Assembly (NCBI GenBank): GCA_965248265.1
Contig: CBDFJF010000001.1
Location: 64,001-128,000, forward strand
Reading direction: 5' to 3'
DNA length: 64,000 bases
Origin: Candidatus Latescibacterota bacterium
GTDB taxonomy: Bacteria; Latescibacterota; UBA2968; UBA8231
Below are positions 29,381 through 39,163 of this stretch, piece by piece. Within the stretch, counting starts at the first letter, position 1. Each line of letters opens with the position of its first letter. Below the pieces are notes generated by a model. The model saw only the letters and a list, made by a program, of their open reading frames with translations. It ran no database searches and was not told where the DNA came from. The position numbers and the translations under genes were made by a program.

Positions 29381-29548
29381 TGTCCCGATTAGGGGTGGGA
29401 CTATCAAGGTCTCCGCCTGGGCACACGCCGTCGCTCTACTACATGCGTTGCTCTCCAGAGGATTAGATGGTCTCGAAATTGCACACGAATCTTTGTAGAT
29501 TTGTCGTGGAGCCTAACAGCTCCGGTCTCTTCACAGGGATAGCATTCG

Positions 29549-29851
29549 ATGTCAGCTGATCAAGCTACAGAATTAACCGTCCGCGACGTGCTCTCACAGG
29601 TAGATCGTCGCATAGACCTGGTTGAAACCGACATTCTAAAACTGGACTCCAAGTTCGAAGCCAAATTCGAGGCCATGGACGCCAAGTTCGACGCCAGGTT
29701 TGGCGCTATGGACGCCAAGTTCGACGCCAGATTCGGCGCTACGGACGCCAAGTTCGACGCTAAATTTCGTGACCTGACAACGACCATGATTGCTGTAGCA
29801 GGAATCATGGTGGCGTCCGCCGGCGCCATTGCCGCGTACCTGAAGGTCTGA
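29549..29851 (+). CDS. Small coiled-coil protein with 11-aa repeats and C-terminal TM (CCDC90/DUF1640-like)
   Basis: DSKFEAKFEAM-DAKFDARFGAM-DAKFDARFGAT-DAKFDAKFRDL, then a hydrophobic tail. Confidence 0.75.
   Translation: MSADQATELTVRDVLSQVDRRIDLVETDILKLDSKFEAKFEAMDAKFDARFGAMDAKFDARFGATDAKFDAKFRDLTTTMIAVAGIMVASAGAIAAYLKV
29645..29776 (+). repeat. 33-bp intragenic tandem repeat, 4 imperfect copies
   Basis: GAC(G/T)CCAAGTTCGA-led units at 29645, 29678, 29711 and 29744. Confidence 0.9.
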
Positions 29852-29870
29852 CGCCGCTCTAGCTCGACCC

Positions 29871-30234
29871 TTACAACTTTACCACCCCCTTGATGTAGCT
29901 TTCATCCCCTTCCAGGATGCGTGCCATCAACGCCGGATAGTCCTCCAGCGAAGCCGTATGCGTAACGAATGGCTTGAGGTCGATGATACCCTTGTGGATT
30001 AGGCGGATGGCGGGCTCGAAGGTTTGCCGTAGCTTCGAACCGGGCGCCGAATTGGTCACCGTGAACCCCCCAAGGTGCCACTTGGTCGGATCGAATTGCG
30101 CTTTGTCTCCCTTGATCCAGCCGAACAGGTTGATGAGCCCTCCCCGGCGGACAATATCAGTGGCCAGGGTCGGGCACCTTCCTCTCGTAGAGATCGATGC
30201 TGCCGTCTGGCAGGTAGCGGATAGTCGTACTCAT
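29871..30234 (-). pseudogene. Zinc-binding (MDR) dehydrogenase relic with large internal deletion
   Basis: AGGAG-ATG MSTTIRYLPDGSIDLYERKVPDPG(H*), fused out of frame at CCTGGCC to LATDIVRRGGLINLFG...IDLKPFVTHTASLEDY...IKGVVKL. Confidence 0.8.
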
Positions 30235-30410
30235 ATGCTCGGTGTCTCCTGTGCTTGTCGACTACCTATAGCTGTCACCACTTCGCCCCCCCGGCCATTA
30301 AGCGCCGAAGCAGATCTGTTGTCAACCGGGGCCAAGGCCGCATATATTGCGCCATCTGACGATGGTCGGTCTCCAACCTGCAGTCTCACCCACATGCCAC
30401 TGTTGAACTG

Positions 30411-31259
30411 ATGACTACGAAAAGCTTCCGCGACAGCACCAAGCGGTCCTTCCCGACGCTTGAGGAGCTCAACCAGATGGACCGGGATCTCAGCTTTCAT
30501 GCCAGCGATCCCGCCAACGCCGCCAGCCTGACGAAGGCTCAGGTTGAGGAGTTCAATCAGCGTGGCTTTCTCGCCCCGCTGCGAGTCCTCAGCGAAGACG
30601 ACGTCGAAGACTATCGTCGGTACTTCGACGGAGTGCTGGAGCGAGCCCTTGCCGACGGCTATGACGGCTACTCCATCGTCTCCGCCCACATCAAACACGG
30701 ACGAGTGTACGACCTGTTGTCTCATCCCAGTATCGTCGATTGGATGAGCGACCTGTTGAGCACGGATCTGGTCTGCTGGGGAGCCCACTACTTCTGCAAG
30801 GTCCCAGGCGATGAGAAGCAGGTCACCTGGCACCAGGATGCCAATTACTGGCCCATCAGTCCGGCGCGTGCAATCACGGCCTGGCTCGCCGTAGACGATG
30901 TCGATGTGGAAAACGGTTGCATGCGATTCGTCACCGGGTCGCATCGCCGCGGTCCGTTGCAGGCCCGCCCGGCGACTGCCGACGAAAACAGCGTGTTGGC
31001 ACAGTCCGTGGACGGCGCGGAGGAATACGGTGAGGTCTACGACAACGAGCTCAAGGCAGGGGAAGTGTCGCTGCACTCCGACATGCTCCTGCACAGCTCT
31101 CAGCCCAACCATTCTACACGGCGCCGTGCAGGTCTTGCGCTGCGGTATGTACCTGTGGATGTGCGTGCCACTATGGACTGGAACACGGAAGGCGTGCTGG
31201 CAAGTGGAAGCGATCCTTCGGGCCATTGGGGAAACCCGGCCCGGCCAGCACAGGATTAG
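30411..31259 (+). CDS. Phytanoyl-CoA dioxygenase (PhyH) family protein
   Basis: WHQDANYW, AWLAVDDVDVENGCMRFVTGSH, LHSSQPN.STRRR. Confidence 0.92.
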   Translation: MTTKSFRDSTKRSFPTLEELNQMDRDLSFHASDPANAASLTKAQVEEFNQRGFLAPLRVLSEDDVEDYRRYFDGVLERALADGYDGYSIVSAHIKHGRVYDLLSHPSIVDWMSDLLSTDLVCWGAHYFCKVPGDEKQVTWHQDANYWPISPARAITAWLAVDDVDVENGCMRFVTGSHRRGPLQARPATADENSVLAQSVDGAEEYGEVYDNELKAGEVSLHSDMLLHSSQPNHSTRRRAGLALRYVPVDVRATMDWNTEGVLASGSDPSGHWGNPARPAQD

Positions 31260-32257
31260 CTACCGATCAACTCCCCCGTGGCCCGCAGCAGTGATTCCTG
31301 TACCAACAGTTCGTGGTCATAGGAACGATCCGGCTCGCGCTTGCCCTCGATGACTTCCACGAAAGCGGCAAGTTCCAGATCGTAGAGATCCTGCCTTGTC
31401 GTGGTCGCCACCTCGACCACCTGCTCCCCTTCCACGTACCCATCCCGCGCCTCTTCCAGACACAGCCGAATCCGGTCGCCCGGTTCAAAGGGCTCGGTTA
31501 TGATGGCACTCCCGCCAGTGCCATAAACCTCGAAGCGTCGTGCCATCGGCCTGGTCTCCATGGCGGCGATATCGATGAGTGCCATAGCCGAGTCGAATTC
31601 GAAGACGGCCAGGGTATTATCCTTGAAGGCAGGAACCTCACCCGTGTCGTTGCGCAGGAAGGGTGTAACCGTGTGCGGGCGGCCTAGCATCCAGAGTATC
31701 GAATCCAGCACGTGGCCGGCCAGGTCGTAGAGGATCCCTCCGGCGAAAACGCTCATGCGCTCGCGAGTCGCGCTATCGACCATCGTCGACATATGCGCCC
31801 GCACCGAGAACAGCTGCCCCAGCATACCCGAGCGCGCCCAGTCCACGACTAGACAAAAACCGGGATGGTAGCGGAACATGTAACCCATTTGAATCTGCAG
31901 ACCGGCATCGCTCGCTCTCTCGAACACGAGCTGACACTGTTTCCAATCATACCCGGCCGGCTTGTCGTACCACACGTGTTTTCCGGCCTCGATCAAGCGC
32001 TCAGTCTGTTCCAGGCTCTCGGAGTTGTCTCCTTCTGAAGCTACGGCGCGTATGCTTTCGTCGCTCAGCACCTCCTGTTCATTGTCGAGCCAGCGCAAAC
32101 CGTCATAGGCATCGTCATTCTCCGCCTCAGTGCGCCTGTCGGGGTCAGGTTCATAGATCCCGACGACCTCGACGCCTTCATGATTTCGCATCGATTTCAT
32201 TTTTCCCGCCGCGTGACCATGGGCGGTCCCGTACTGTGCCATTTTCACTGTTGCCAT
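31256..32257 (-). CDS. Gfo/Idh/MocA family oxidoreductase
   Basis: AQYGTAHGHA, AGKHVWYDKPAG, QMGYMFRY, YDLAGHVLD; GGGGAG RBS. Confidence 0.9.
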   Translation of the reverse strand: MATVKMAQYGTAHGHAAGKMKSMRNHEGVEVVGIYEPDPDRRTEAENDDAYDGLRWLDNEQEVLSDESIRAVASEGDNSESLEQTERLIEAGKHVWYDKPAGYDWKQCQLVFERASDAGLQIQMGYMFRYHPGFCLVVDWARSGMLGQLFSVRAHMSTMVDSATRERMSVFAGGILYDLAGHVLDSILWMLGRPHTVTPFLRNDTGEVPAFKDNTLAVFEFDSAMALIDIAAMETRPMARRFEVYGTGGSAIITEPFEPGDRIRLCLEEARDGYVEGEQVVEVATTTRQDLYDLELAAFVEVIEGKREPDRSYDHELLVQESLLRATGELIGS

Positions 32258-32447
32258 TCTGCTCCCCTTACGTTGCTCATCCGATGTCACATTGCCCGCT
32301 CCCGCACCACCCGGCCCGGATCACAATATAGGCCAGACCGGCACTTCGTTGACCTGCCCAGCGCCCGGAGCCATATTCGATTTCCGCCAGAAAACACCCA
32401 TCCGAGCTACCTTCCGGGCCCTCCAGGGGAGCCACAGCTATAAAAAA

Positions 32448-33467
32448 ATGAGCAGTCTGCCTGTTTCCCGATTCCAGCACAACCATCGTTTCCACGGTAC
32501 CTCAACTTCGGGAGAACGACGCGTCAGCTACGTCATTCTGCTGACCGGTATAATGATGGTGGTGGAGGTCGCCGCCGGCGTGATGACCAATTCCATCGCC
32601 CTGCTGGCCGACGGCATCCACATGGGCACGCACCTGGCCGCGCTCAGCATTACCGTCTTCGCCTATTGGTACGCGCGCCGACATGAGGACGATGGCCGCT
32701 TCACTTTCGGCACGGGCAAGGTCAGCACCCTTGGCGGCTTCGCCAGCGCAATCTTCCTGGCCGCGGTAGCCTTGTTCATGGCTGCCGAATCCGCTGCCCG
32801 CTTCTTCGATCCCCTCGACATTCAATTCGATCAGGCCATCACCGTCGCCTGCATCGGCCTGGTCGTCAACCTGCTCAGTGCCGTGCTGCTCCGAGACCAT
32901 CATCACCACAGTCACGGGCACGGCCATCATCATCATGATCACGAACACGATGATCATCACGAACACCAGCATAGTCATGAACCTGACGCCAAGTTGGGCA
33001 CCGATCACAATCTGCGCGGCGCTTACCTGCACGTGTTGGCGGATGCACTTACCTCACTGACTGCCATCATTGCGCTGTCCTCTGGCATGTTGTACGGATA
33101 TGTCTGGATGGACCCGGCCATGGGGGTCCTGGGCTCGCTGGTGGTGGCACGCTGGGCTTACCTCCTGATCAAGGAGACGGCCTATGTCCTCGTGGATGGG
33201 GACCACCACGGTGAGATTGTCGACCAGGTGAGAGCCTGTATCGAGGCGGAGCCGGAGACCCGAATCGCCGACTTGCATATCTGGCGTGTGGGGCCCGGCC
33301 ACCTCGCCGCCATCCTCTCCATCGTCACCCGCATCCCGCACCCACCCGCCTACTACAAGGAACTGCTGGCTCATAACGACAGCCTGGCTCATGTCACCGT
33401 CGAGGTCATCGAGCCGGTCGATGACGTATCGGTCGACACGACTGGGCGGCGCCGGGAAGAGCGCTGA
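32448..33467 (+). CDS. dmeF: CDF-family Co(II)/Ni(II) efflux transporter DmeF with His-rich loop
   Basis: ALLADGIHMGTH, FTFGTGKV, HHHHSHGHGHHHHDHEH loop, DHNLRGAYLHVLADALTS, DLHIWRVGPGH. Confidence 0.9.
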   Translation: MSSLPVSRFQHNHRFHGTSTSGERRVSYVILLTGIMMVVEVAAGVMTNSIALLADGIHMGTHLAALSITVFAYWYARRHEDDGRFTFGTGKVSTLGGFASAIFLAAVALFMAAESAARFFDPLDIQFDQAITVACIGLVVNLLSAVLLRDHHHHSHGHGHHHHDHEHDDHHEHQHSHEPDAKLGTDHNLRGAYLHVLADALTSLTAIIALSSGMLYGYVWMDPAMGVLGSLVVARWAYLLIKETAYVLVDGDHHGEIVDQVRACIEAEPETRIADLHIWRVGPGHLAAILSIVTRIPHPPAYYKELLAHNDSLAHVTVEVIEPVDDVSVDTTGRRREER

Positions 33468-33472
33468 CACCG

Positions 33473-34297
33473 TTGAAGGATTCGAGCCACTTTCACGCCG
33501 GCATCATTGCGCCAATCAATGCCGTAGAGAAACCCCTGTTCTTCGCCTTCCACGACGACCGGCTGCTGGTCCACCAGAACACGGCAGTGTCCCTGCCTGA
33601 GCTTGGGTCTTTCGACGAGCTCGGCCTGTCCCACGGAAGCCTACACTTTCTCGGCTGTCTTGGAGCGCAACCCTGTTTCGCCGTCGATCTTGAAGAGGAT
33701 CAGCCGTTACCCGACGGCATGGCCCTGTCGGGCCTGCGTCGCCTGTTCGGCGCGATCAACGAGGAGCTCTTTCAGATCGGTGGCCGCGCCTTCCAGGTCC
33801 TCAACTGGGATCGCACCCACCGCTTCTGCGGCCGCTGTGGCACGGCCACGGACTATCACGAGACAGACCGCGCCCGTGAGTGCCCGCAATGCGGACTGCT
33901 CTCTTTTCCGAGAGTTTCACCTGCCGTTATCACCTTGATTCAAAAAGGGGACGAGTTTCTCCTGGCCCGCAACGCCCGCTTTCCGGGCAAGCGCTACAGC
34001 ATAATCGCCGGGTTCGTTGAACCGGGTGAAACCCTGGAAGAAGCCGTGCACCGCGAGATCAAGGAAGAGGTCGGCATCGATGTCCGGGACGTGCGCTATT
34101 TTGGCAGCCAGCCCTGGCCCTTCCCCCATTCACTCATGGTCGGCTTCACCGCCCACCACGCCGGTGGAGAGATTCAGGTCGACGGTGAGGAAATCGTCGA
34201 TGCCGGCTGGTACTCGGCCGACAACCTGCCAGAGCTGCCCGACGGCATCAGCATCTCGCGCCATATCATCGACTGGTTTCTGGAGCAGCAGGGGTGA
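33473..34297 (+). CDS. nudC: NAD(H) diphosphatase NudC
   Basis: Zn ribbon CGRCG...CPQC, Nudix box GFVEPGETLEEAVHREIKEEVG, SQPWPFPHS. Confidence 0.95.
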   Translation: MKDSSHFHAGIIAPINAVEKPLFFAFHDDRLLVHQNTAVSLPELGSFDELGLSHGSLHFLGCLGAQPCFAVDLEEDQPLPDGMALSGLRRLFGAINEELFQIGGRAFQVLNWDRTHRFCGRCGTATDYHETDRARECPQCGLLSFPRVSPAVITLIQKGDEFLLARNARFPGKRYSIIAGFVEPGETLEEAVHREIKEEVGIDVRDVRYFGSQPWPFPHSLMVGFTAHHAGGEIQVDGEEIVDAGWYSADNLPELPDGISISRHIIDWFLEQQG

Positions 34298-34938
34298 AGG
34301 CAAAGCGTCTGACCAAGGCCGAGAAGGCCAGCATCATCAGCAAAACCCTGGACGAACTCTTTCCACAGACACCGATCCCGCTCGATCACGCCGATCCCTA
34401 CACCTTGCTCATCGCCGTCCTGCTATCAGCCCAGTGCACGGACGTACGCGTAAACCAGGTAACCCCGAAGCTCTTCGCCAAAGCCCGAACCCCCCAAAAA
34501 ATGGCCCGCCTGTCAGTTAATCAAATTGAACAGATCGTGCGGCCCTGCGGACTGGCCCCGGCCAAATCCAAGAACATCTCAAGGCTGTCTCAGATTCTCG
34601 TGGAGGAACACGGCGGCGTGGTACCGGATACCCTTGAAGAATTGGAAGCGTTGCCGGGGGTCGGCCACAAGACCGCTCAGGTCGTCGTTGCCCAGGCATT
34701 CGGCCAACCGGCGTTTCCCGTCGACACCCATATCCACCGCCTGGCCTACCGCTGGGGTCTATCGTCGGGCAAGAACGTCGTGCAGACCGAGAAGGACCTG
34801 AAGCGATTGTTTCCGATCGAGGATTGGAACAAGCTGCATCTGCAGATCATCTACTGCGGCCGCCAGTACTGTCCTGCCCGGGGGCACGATCGCGACGAAT
34901 GCCCGGTCTGCAGCAAGGTAGGACGCAAGTCCATGTGA
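34294..34938 (+). CDS. nth: Endonuclease III
   Basis: LLSAQCTDVRVN, HhH LPGVGHKTA, VDTHIHR. Confidence 0.95.
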   Translation: MKAKRLTKAEKASIISKTLDELFPQTPIPLDHADPYTLLIAVLLSAQCTDVRVNQVTPKLFAKARTPQKMARLSVNQIEQIVRPCGLAPAKSKNISRLSQILVEEHGGVVPDTLEELEALPGVGHKTAQVVVAQAFGQPAFPVDTHIHRLAYRWGLSSGKNVVQTEKDLKRLFPIEDWNKLHLQIIYCGRQYCPARGHDRDECPVCSKVGRKSM

Positions 34939-34957
34939 TCAGATTAGAATCGTCGAC

Positions 34958-36181
34958 CTACCCCATGCCGGTAGCGTACCCGGTGATGGCACCGGCAATG
35001 ATCAACCAACCCGGGCTGATCCGCTGCGACAACATGATCAGCAGCGCGGCCGCTGCCATCCACATGGAGAACTCATCGACCATCGCGCTCTCCGCCAGAC
35101 GCACCAGCATCGCCCCCATCAGACCGACGGCGCTGACGTTCACAGCGTCCAGAAAGGCCGCCATCAAACGTGATGAACGCAGCTTTGCGATCACCGGGTT
35201 CACGGCAGCCACGAAGACGAAGGAAGGCAAAAAAATGCCAACGGTGGCGACGATGGCTCCTGCTGGCCCGGCAATGAGGTAGCCGATGAAGGTGGCCGTC
35301 GACAGCACCGGTCCGGGCGTGAACTGGCCGACGGCTACCGCGTCCATCAGCTGCACGCTGGTCAGCAGACCGAGATCGTGCACCAGACCGCCCTCGAGAA
35401 AGGCGAAGAGCACATAGCCACTGCCGTAGAGGACGGCTCCGACTTTCAGGAAGAACAGCCCCAACTGCCAGATCGCCACCCCCCCTGTTGTTGTCCCAAC
35501 AGCTGCCCCTGCACCCGTGGCCGCGACAGCGACACCAGCTCGGAATGCGTCGCCCGAGTCCAGTGAGTCGACTGCTCTCAGGCTCTGTGCCTCCGCTTTG
35601 GCAGCGAGTCCGCCCCACCACGCAGCCACCGCACCTCCCGTTCCTTTGACGTACACCCACAGCATGCCGATGACGGCACCACCCAACAGAACCAGGACGG
35701 GGTGGCCTTCCCGGTAGACGATGGCGGCAACGGCGACTCCAACCATGCCCAGCCGCCAATCCTTGACCGCCGACCTTCCCAGACGCCACAGCGCGCCACA
35801 GATGATGGCGACGACGACCGGCTTGATTCCAGCGAGCAAAGGTAAGGCCTCAGGCAGCGCTCCGTAGCGCACATACCCCCATGCCAACAGCCCCGTTATT
35901 GCGGTGGCCGGCACAACGAAGCAGATCCCGGCTACCAGCAACCCACGCCAACCAGCACGCTCGTACCCGATGTGGATGGCCATTTCCGTGGAATTGGGTC
36001 CCGGGATGAGATTGGTAACGCCCAGCAGGTCGAGAAAGCGCTCGCGTGACACCCACTTCCTTCTGACGACGACCTCCTCCTCCATCATCGCCAGATGAGC
36101 CGCCGGACCGCCAAAACCAAACGTGCCCAGCTTGAGAAACAGGCGCGCCAGTTGCGAGAGCTGTGTATGGTTTTGTGCCAC
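34958..36181 (-). CDS. chrA: Chromate transporter (long-chain CHR)
   Basis: FLKLGTFGFGGPAAH, IPGPNSTE, LYGSGY, FTPGPVLSTATFIGY. Confidence 0.93.
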   Translation of the reverse strand: MAQNHTQLSQLARLFLKLGTFGFGGPAAHLAMMEEEVVVRRKWVSRERFLDLLGVTNLIPGPNSTEMAIHIGYERAGWRGLLVAGICFVVPATAITGLLAWGYVRYGALPEALPLLAGIKPVVVAIICGALWRLGRSAVKDWRLGMVGVAVAAIVYREGHPVLVLLGGAVIGMLWVYVKGTGGAVAAWWGGLAAKAEAQSLRAVDSLDSGDAFRAGVAVAATGAGAAVGTTTGGVAIWQLGLFFLKVGAVLYGSGYVLFAFLEGGLVHDLGLLTSVQLMDAVAVGQFTPGPVLSTATFIGYLIAGPAGAIVATVGIFLPSFVFVAAVNPVIAKLRSSRLMAAFLDAVNVSAVGLMGAMLVRLAESAMVDEFSMWMAAAALLIMLSQRISPGWLIIAGAITGYATGMG

Positions 36182-36334
36182 CGCGCTATGACCTCCCGGT
36201 CGCCGTGTCTGCCTCCAAGTGAACGGCCGCCATCAAGGTAACCGGCCTTAACTGCGACACCAGCTCCTTGTCAGCAGGTTCGTTGATGTTACATACAATG
36301 GTAAATCACAACTGAAATCTCATGGGTAGCCGCC

Positions 36335-36564
36335 ATGCGTGCTGTTTCGATGCAGTCAAACACCGCCAGGGATCTCGCGGCGCCTCGCGCAACGACTTCG
36401 ACCAGGCCATCGCCCACATCGAAAAAGGCGACATCCCCGTCGACGACCTCGTCGACACCTCCCCGCTCGAGGAGGCTATCGGTGCCTTCGACGACTCCAT
36501 CGCCAAGACCACGCAGAAAGCCGTCCTGTTGCCGCTCACTCCGAAGCTTGCCCGGTCAGTCTGA
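36335..36564 (+). pseudogene. Second zinc-binding (MDR) dehydrogenase relic
   Basis: MRAVSMQ start fused out of frame to an MDR C-terminus GSRGASRNDFDQAIAHIEKGDIPVDDLV...LEEAIGAF...KAVLLP. Confidence 0.6.
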
Positions 36565-38170
36565 TCTCGATCGATTCTTCACCCATAGCGTTGCTCTCGA
36601 GATGGAGAGAGGCTGTGTGATGACCTGCTGCCAATGGTTCATACCCTACCTCGAAGGCGAGCGACTCTCCCGGCTTTACCGTGGCCCGTGAGGGTGTGCC
36701 AGGCGCCAGGTTGAAGGATGACCCCGTCAATGCGATCGTCGACAGTTCCAGCGTCTGCGTTCCGAGACTCGCGATCGTTACCCTCCTGTTCTCGCGTTCG
36801 CCGACACTCACGGATCCGAAGAGGACGATCGAAGGACTCACTTTCATGAGAGCGAACTCCTGCAGCGTGGTACGGCCCTTCGAAGCGCGCTGCAAGCTTC
36901 CCTTGCGCAGATCGAAATCCTCCTGCAACAGCTGCTGAGCTTCTCTGTAATACCCCGATTCCACGAGGGCCTGACGCAAGGAGTACCGGATCGCCCCGTT
37001 GTTCGGGTCCACCTTCTGGCCGGCACGCAGCACCTCCAGTGCCTCATTATGCCTGCCAACACTGAGCAATAGATCACCGTAGTAGGGAGCGACTTCACGT
37101 AGTCTGTCCGTCTTGAGCTCTTCGTAAACTGTGAGCAGCCGGGCGATTTTGTCCTGGTTGGGCTGGTATTCAGCGCCCAGGGGAAGAAACCTGGTGAGGT
37201 TGATGATGAGTCTGTTGGTGTCGGAGAACAGGATTGGCGGCAGCACCTGGAACCGCTCCGCGAGTTCATAGCTGCGCATCACCGGCTCCATGACGCAGCC
37301 TTCCTGAGCGATGTGGATGGCGCCGAGAACATGACCGATCTCGTGGACGAAAATGTGGGCGTTCATTTCCCGGTTGACGACAATGTTCGTCAGCACCCGG
37401 GCATAGCCGATGGCGCGGGAGCCCATGCGGGCTGGAACCGGTGGACCGATGCATACCAGCGTGAGGTCGACCTCCTCTCTCCCGGGAACACCAGTCACTG
37501 CCTCGGCAACGCCGAAGATGTCGGTTGCCGGCGCCGACCAGCGCTCGATTCTGTGTACATCGAGGGCGATGCCGAATTCCCGCGCCAGCGTCCGCGAAGC
37601 GATCGCCAATTGCGATTCGAGGTACCGCCGGGTGGGCTCTCCCGGGCCGTCCAGCCTCTGATCGGACAGTACCAGCAGCTGCAGGCGCCGGGTGATCTCG
37701 TGGGTCCTTGCCGGAAGATCCTGGAATACGTCATCGAGGTTGCCGTATGGTTCCACATGGAGGTACCTGGGTGGATCAAAATGCGGTGCACGCAGCTTTG
37801 CTTTCCACGATTTGAGTTTCTTCCCTCGCTCGGTATCTACCAGTCGCAGTTTGGCCTTAGCCGTATTCTCATAGGCCTCGAATCCCTCTACCTTTACCAC
37901 GAGCACCGCTTCAGCCCCCAGCTCGAGAGCGCGGGCACGCGCTTCCTTCTCAGAGCTCACGTAGTACTGGTCGAGGTTGTAGGCGGTATAGCCCTTTATG
38001 TTCTCCAGGTAACCGGCCAGAAACACGCTGACATCCGGTGGGATGGCATCACCCTTCTTGATAACGGTGTACACCCCGATCGAGCGCAGCTGCTGCAGCG
38101 CATCGTCGTCAGCACTCGCAGTCGAGGCCAATCCAAACAACAGGATGATCGAGATTGTTCGGCGTAACAT
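36536..38170 (-). CDS. Secreted zinc metallopeptidase (M12/reprolysin-like) with TPR and C-terminal ASH/Ig-like domain
   Basis: Signal peptide, HEIGHVLGAIH...CVM (Met-turn), TPR-like helices, FGSVSVG...LGTQTLEL...VKPGES. Confidence 0.85.
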   Translation of the reverse strand: MLRRTISIILLFGLASTASADDDALQQLRSIGVYTVIKKGDAIPPDVSVFLAGYLENIKGYTAYNLDQYYVSSEKEARARALELGAEAVLVVKVEGFEAYENTAKAKLRLVDTERGKKLKSWKAKLRAPHFDPPRYLHVEPYGNLDDVFQDLPARTHEITRRLQLLVLSDQRLDGPGEPTRRYLESQLAIASRTLAREFGIALDVHRIERWSAPATDIFGVAEAVTGVPGREEVDLTLVCIGPPVPARMGSRAIGYARVLTNIVVNREMNAHIFVHEIGHVLGAIHIAQEGCVMEPVMRSYELAERFQVLPPILFSDTNRLIINLTRFLPLGAEYQPNQDKIARLLTVYEELKTDRLREVAPYYGDLLLSVGRHNEALEVLRAGQKVDPNNGAIRYSLRQALVESGYYREAQQLLQEDFDLRKGSLQRASKGRTTLQEFALMKVSPSIVLFGSVSVGERENRRVTIASLGTQTLELSTIALTGSSFNLAPGTPSRATVKPGESLAFEVGYEPLAAGHHTASLHLESNAMGEESIEIRLTGQASE

Positions 38171-38202
38171 GATTATTAACAATTTGTTATATTGTCGGCC
38201 TG

Positions 38203-39153
38203 ATGTCTACCATGATGCTGGATAAGCCTCTACACGGCGCCCGCGCGTGGACGGCCGCGACCATCGACGAACCCGCCTCCTGGCACTACGCCCTCGATGC
38301 AGACTGCCTGGCCGAACTGGATGCTCTGGGGGTGCAGGATGAACGAGGCGCTGACGGACCCGTTACTGATATTCGTATCGACGGAAGGCTGCCGGCTTGC
38401 GCGCGCTGTCTGCAACCGGCACTGGATGCCCTCGAGCAGTGTCGCGGATTCATCATCATCGATCCCCCCTCCGCCTCTTGGACCTCGGAGCAGCAGATCG
38501 CCGCATACTGGTTGCTGGGTCAGGTATTCGGCTCGCCATTCGAGCAGGATGTGGCCGGCACGCTGCTTTTCGACGTACATGACACTGGGCGCTCCGTGAC
38601 CGAGGGGGCCCGGTTCTCCGTCACCAACGCGGAGAGCTCCTTCCACACCGATAGTGCGTTCAATCCCAGTCCACCCGATTACGTCGGATTGCTGTGTCTG
38701 CAGACAGCGAAAGCGGGGGGCGAGAGTCAACTCGTCAGCGGCCTGGCTCTACACGACGAGTTGCTGACCCACCACCCGGAGGTACTGCGCACCTTGTACA
38801 GCTCATTCTGCTTCGATCGCCGAGGACAGTTCACGGCGGACGAACCTGATGTGCTGGAGAATCCGGTTTTTGTTTGGGATGGACGGCAGATGGTGCTTCG
38901 CTATTTGTACTATTACATCCAGGTCGGTCACGAGAAGGCACAGCGGCCCTTGGATCGGAATCAACGCGAGGCCCTGGACCTGGTCGAGGAGCTTGTCAGA
39001 AAGCCTGAGCTACGGGTCGAGTTTCAACTCGAGCGGGGGCAGATGCTGATCACGAACAACCGCTGGATCCTCCACAACCGCACCGCTTTCGAGGACCACG
39101 CGGAGCCCGAGAACCGGCGCCACTACGTCCGCTTGTGGCTCAGAACAGACTGA
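38203..39153 (+). CDS. TauD/TfdA family Fe(II)/2OG dioxygenase
   Basis: FHTD, VGLLCLQTAKAGGES, NNRWILHNRTAF, RHYVRLWL. Confidence 0.92.
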   Translation: MSTMMLDKPLHGARAWTAATIDEPASWHYALDADCLAELDALGVQDERGADGPVTDIRIDGRLPACARCLQPALDALEQCRGFIIIDPPSASWTSEQQIAAYWLLGQVFGSPFEQDVAGTLLFDVHDTGRSVTEGARFSVTNAESSFHTDSAFNPSPPDYVGLLCLQTAKAGGESQLVSGLALHDELLTHHPEVLRTLYSSFCFDRRGQFTADEPDVLENPVFVWDGRQMVLRYLYYYIQVGHEKAQRPLDRNQREALDLVEELVRKPELRVEFQLERGQMLITNNRWILHNRTAFEDHAEPENRRHYVRLWLRTD

Positions 39154-39163
39154 CCCACGCGCA

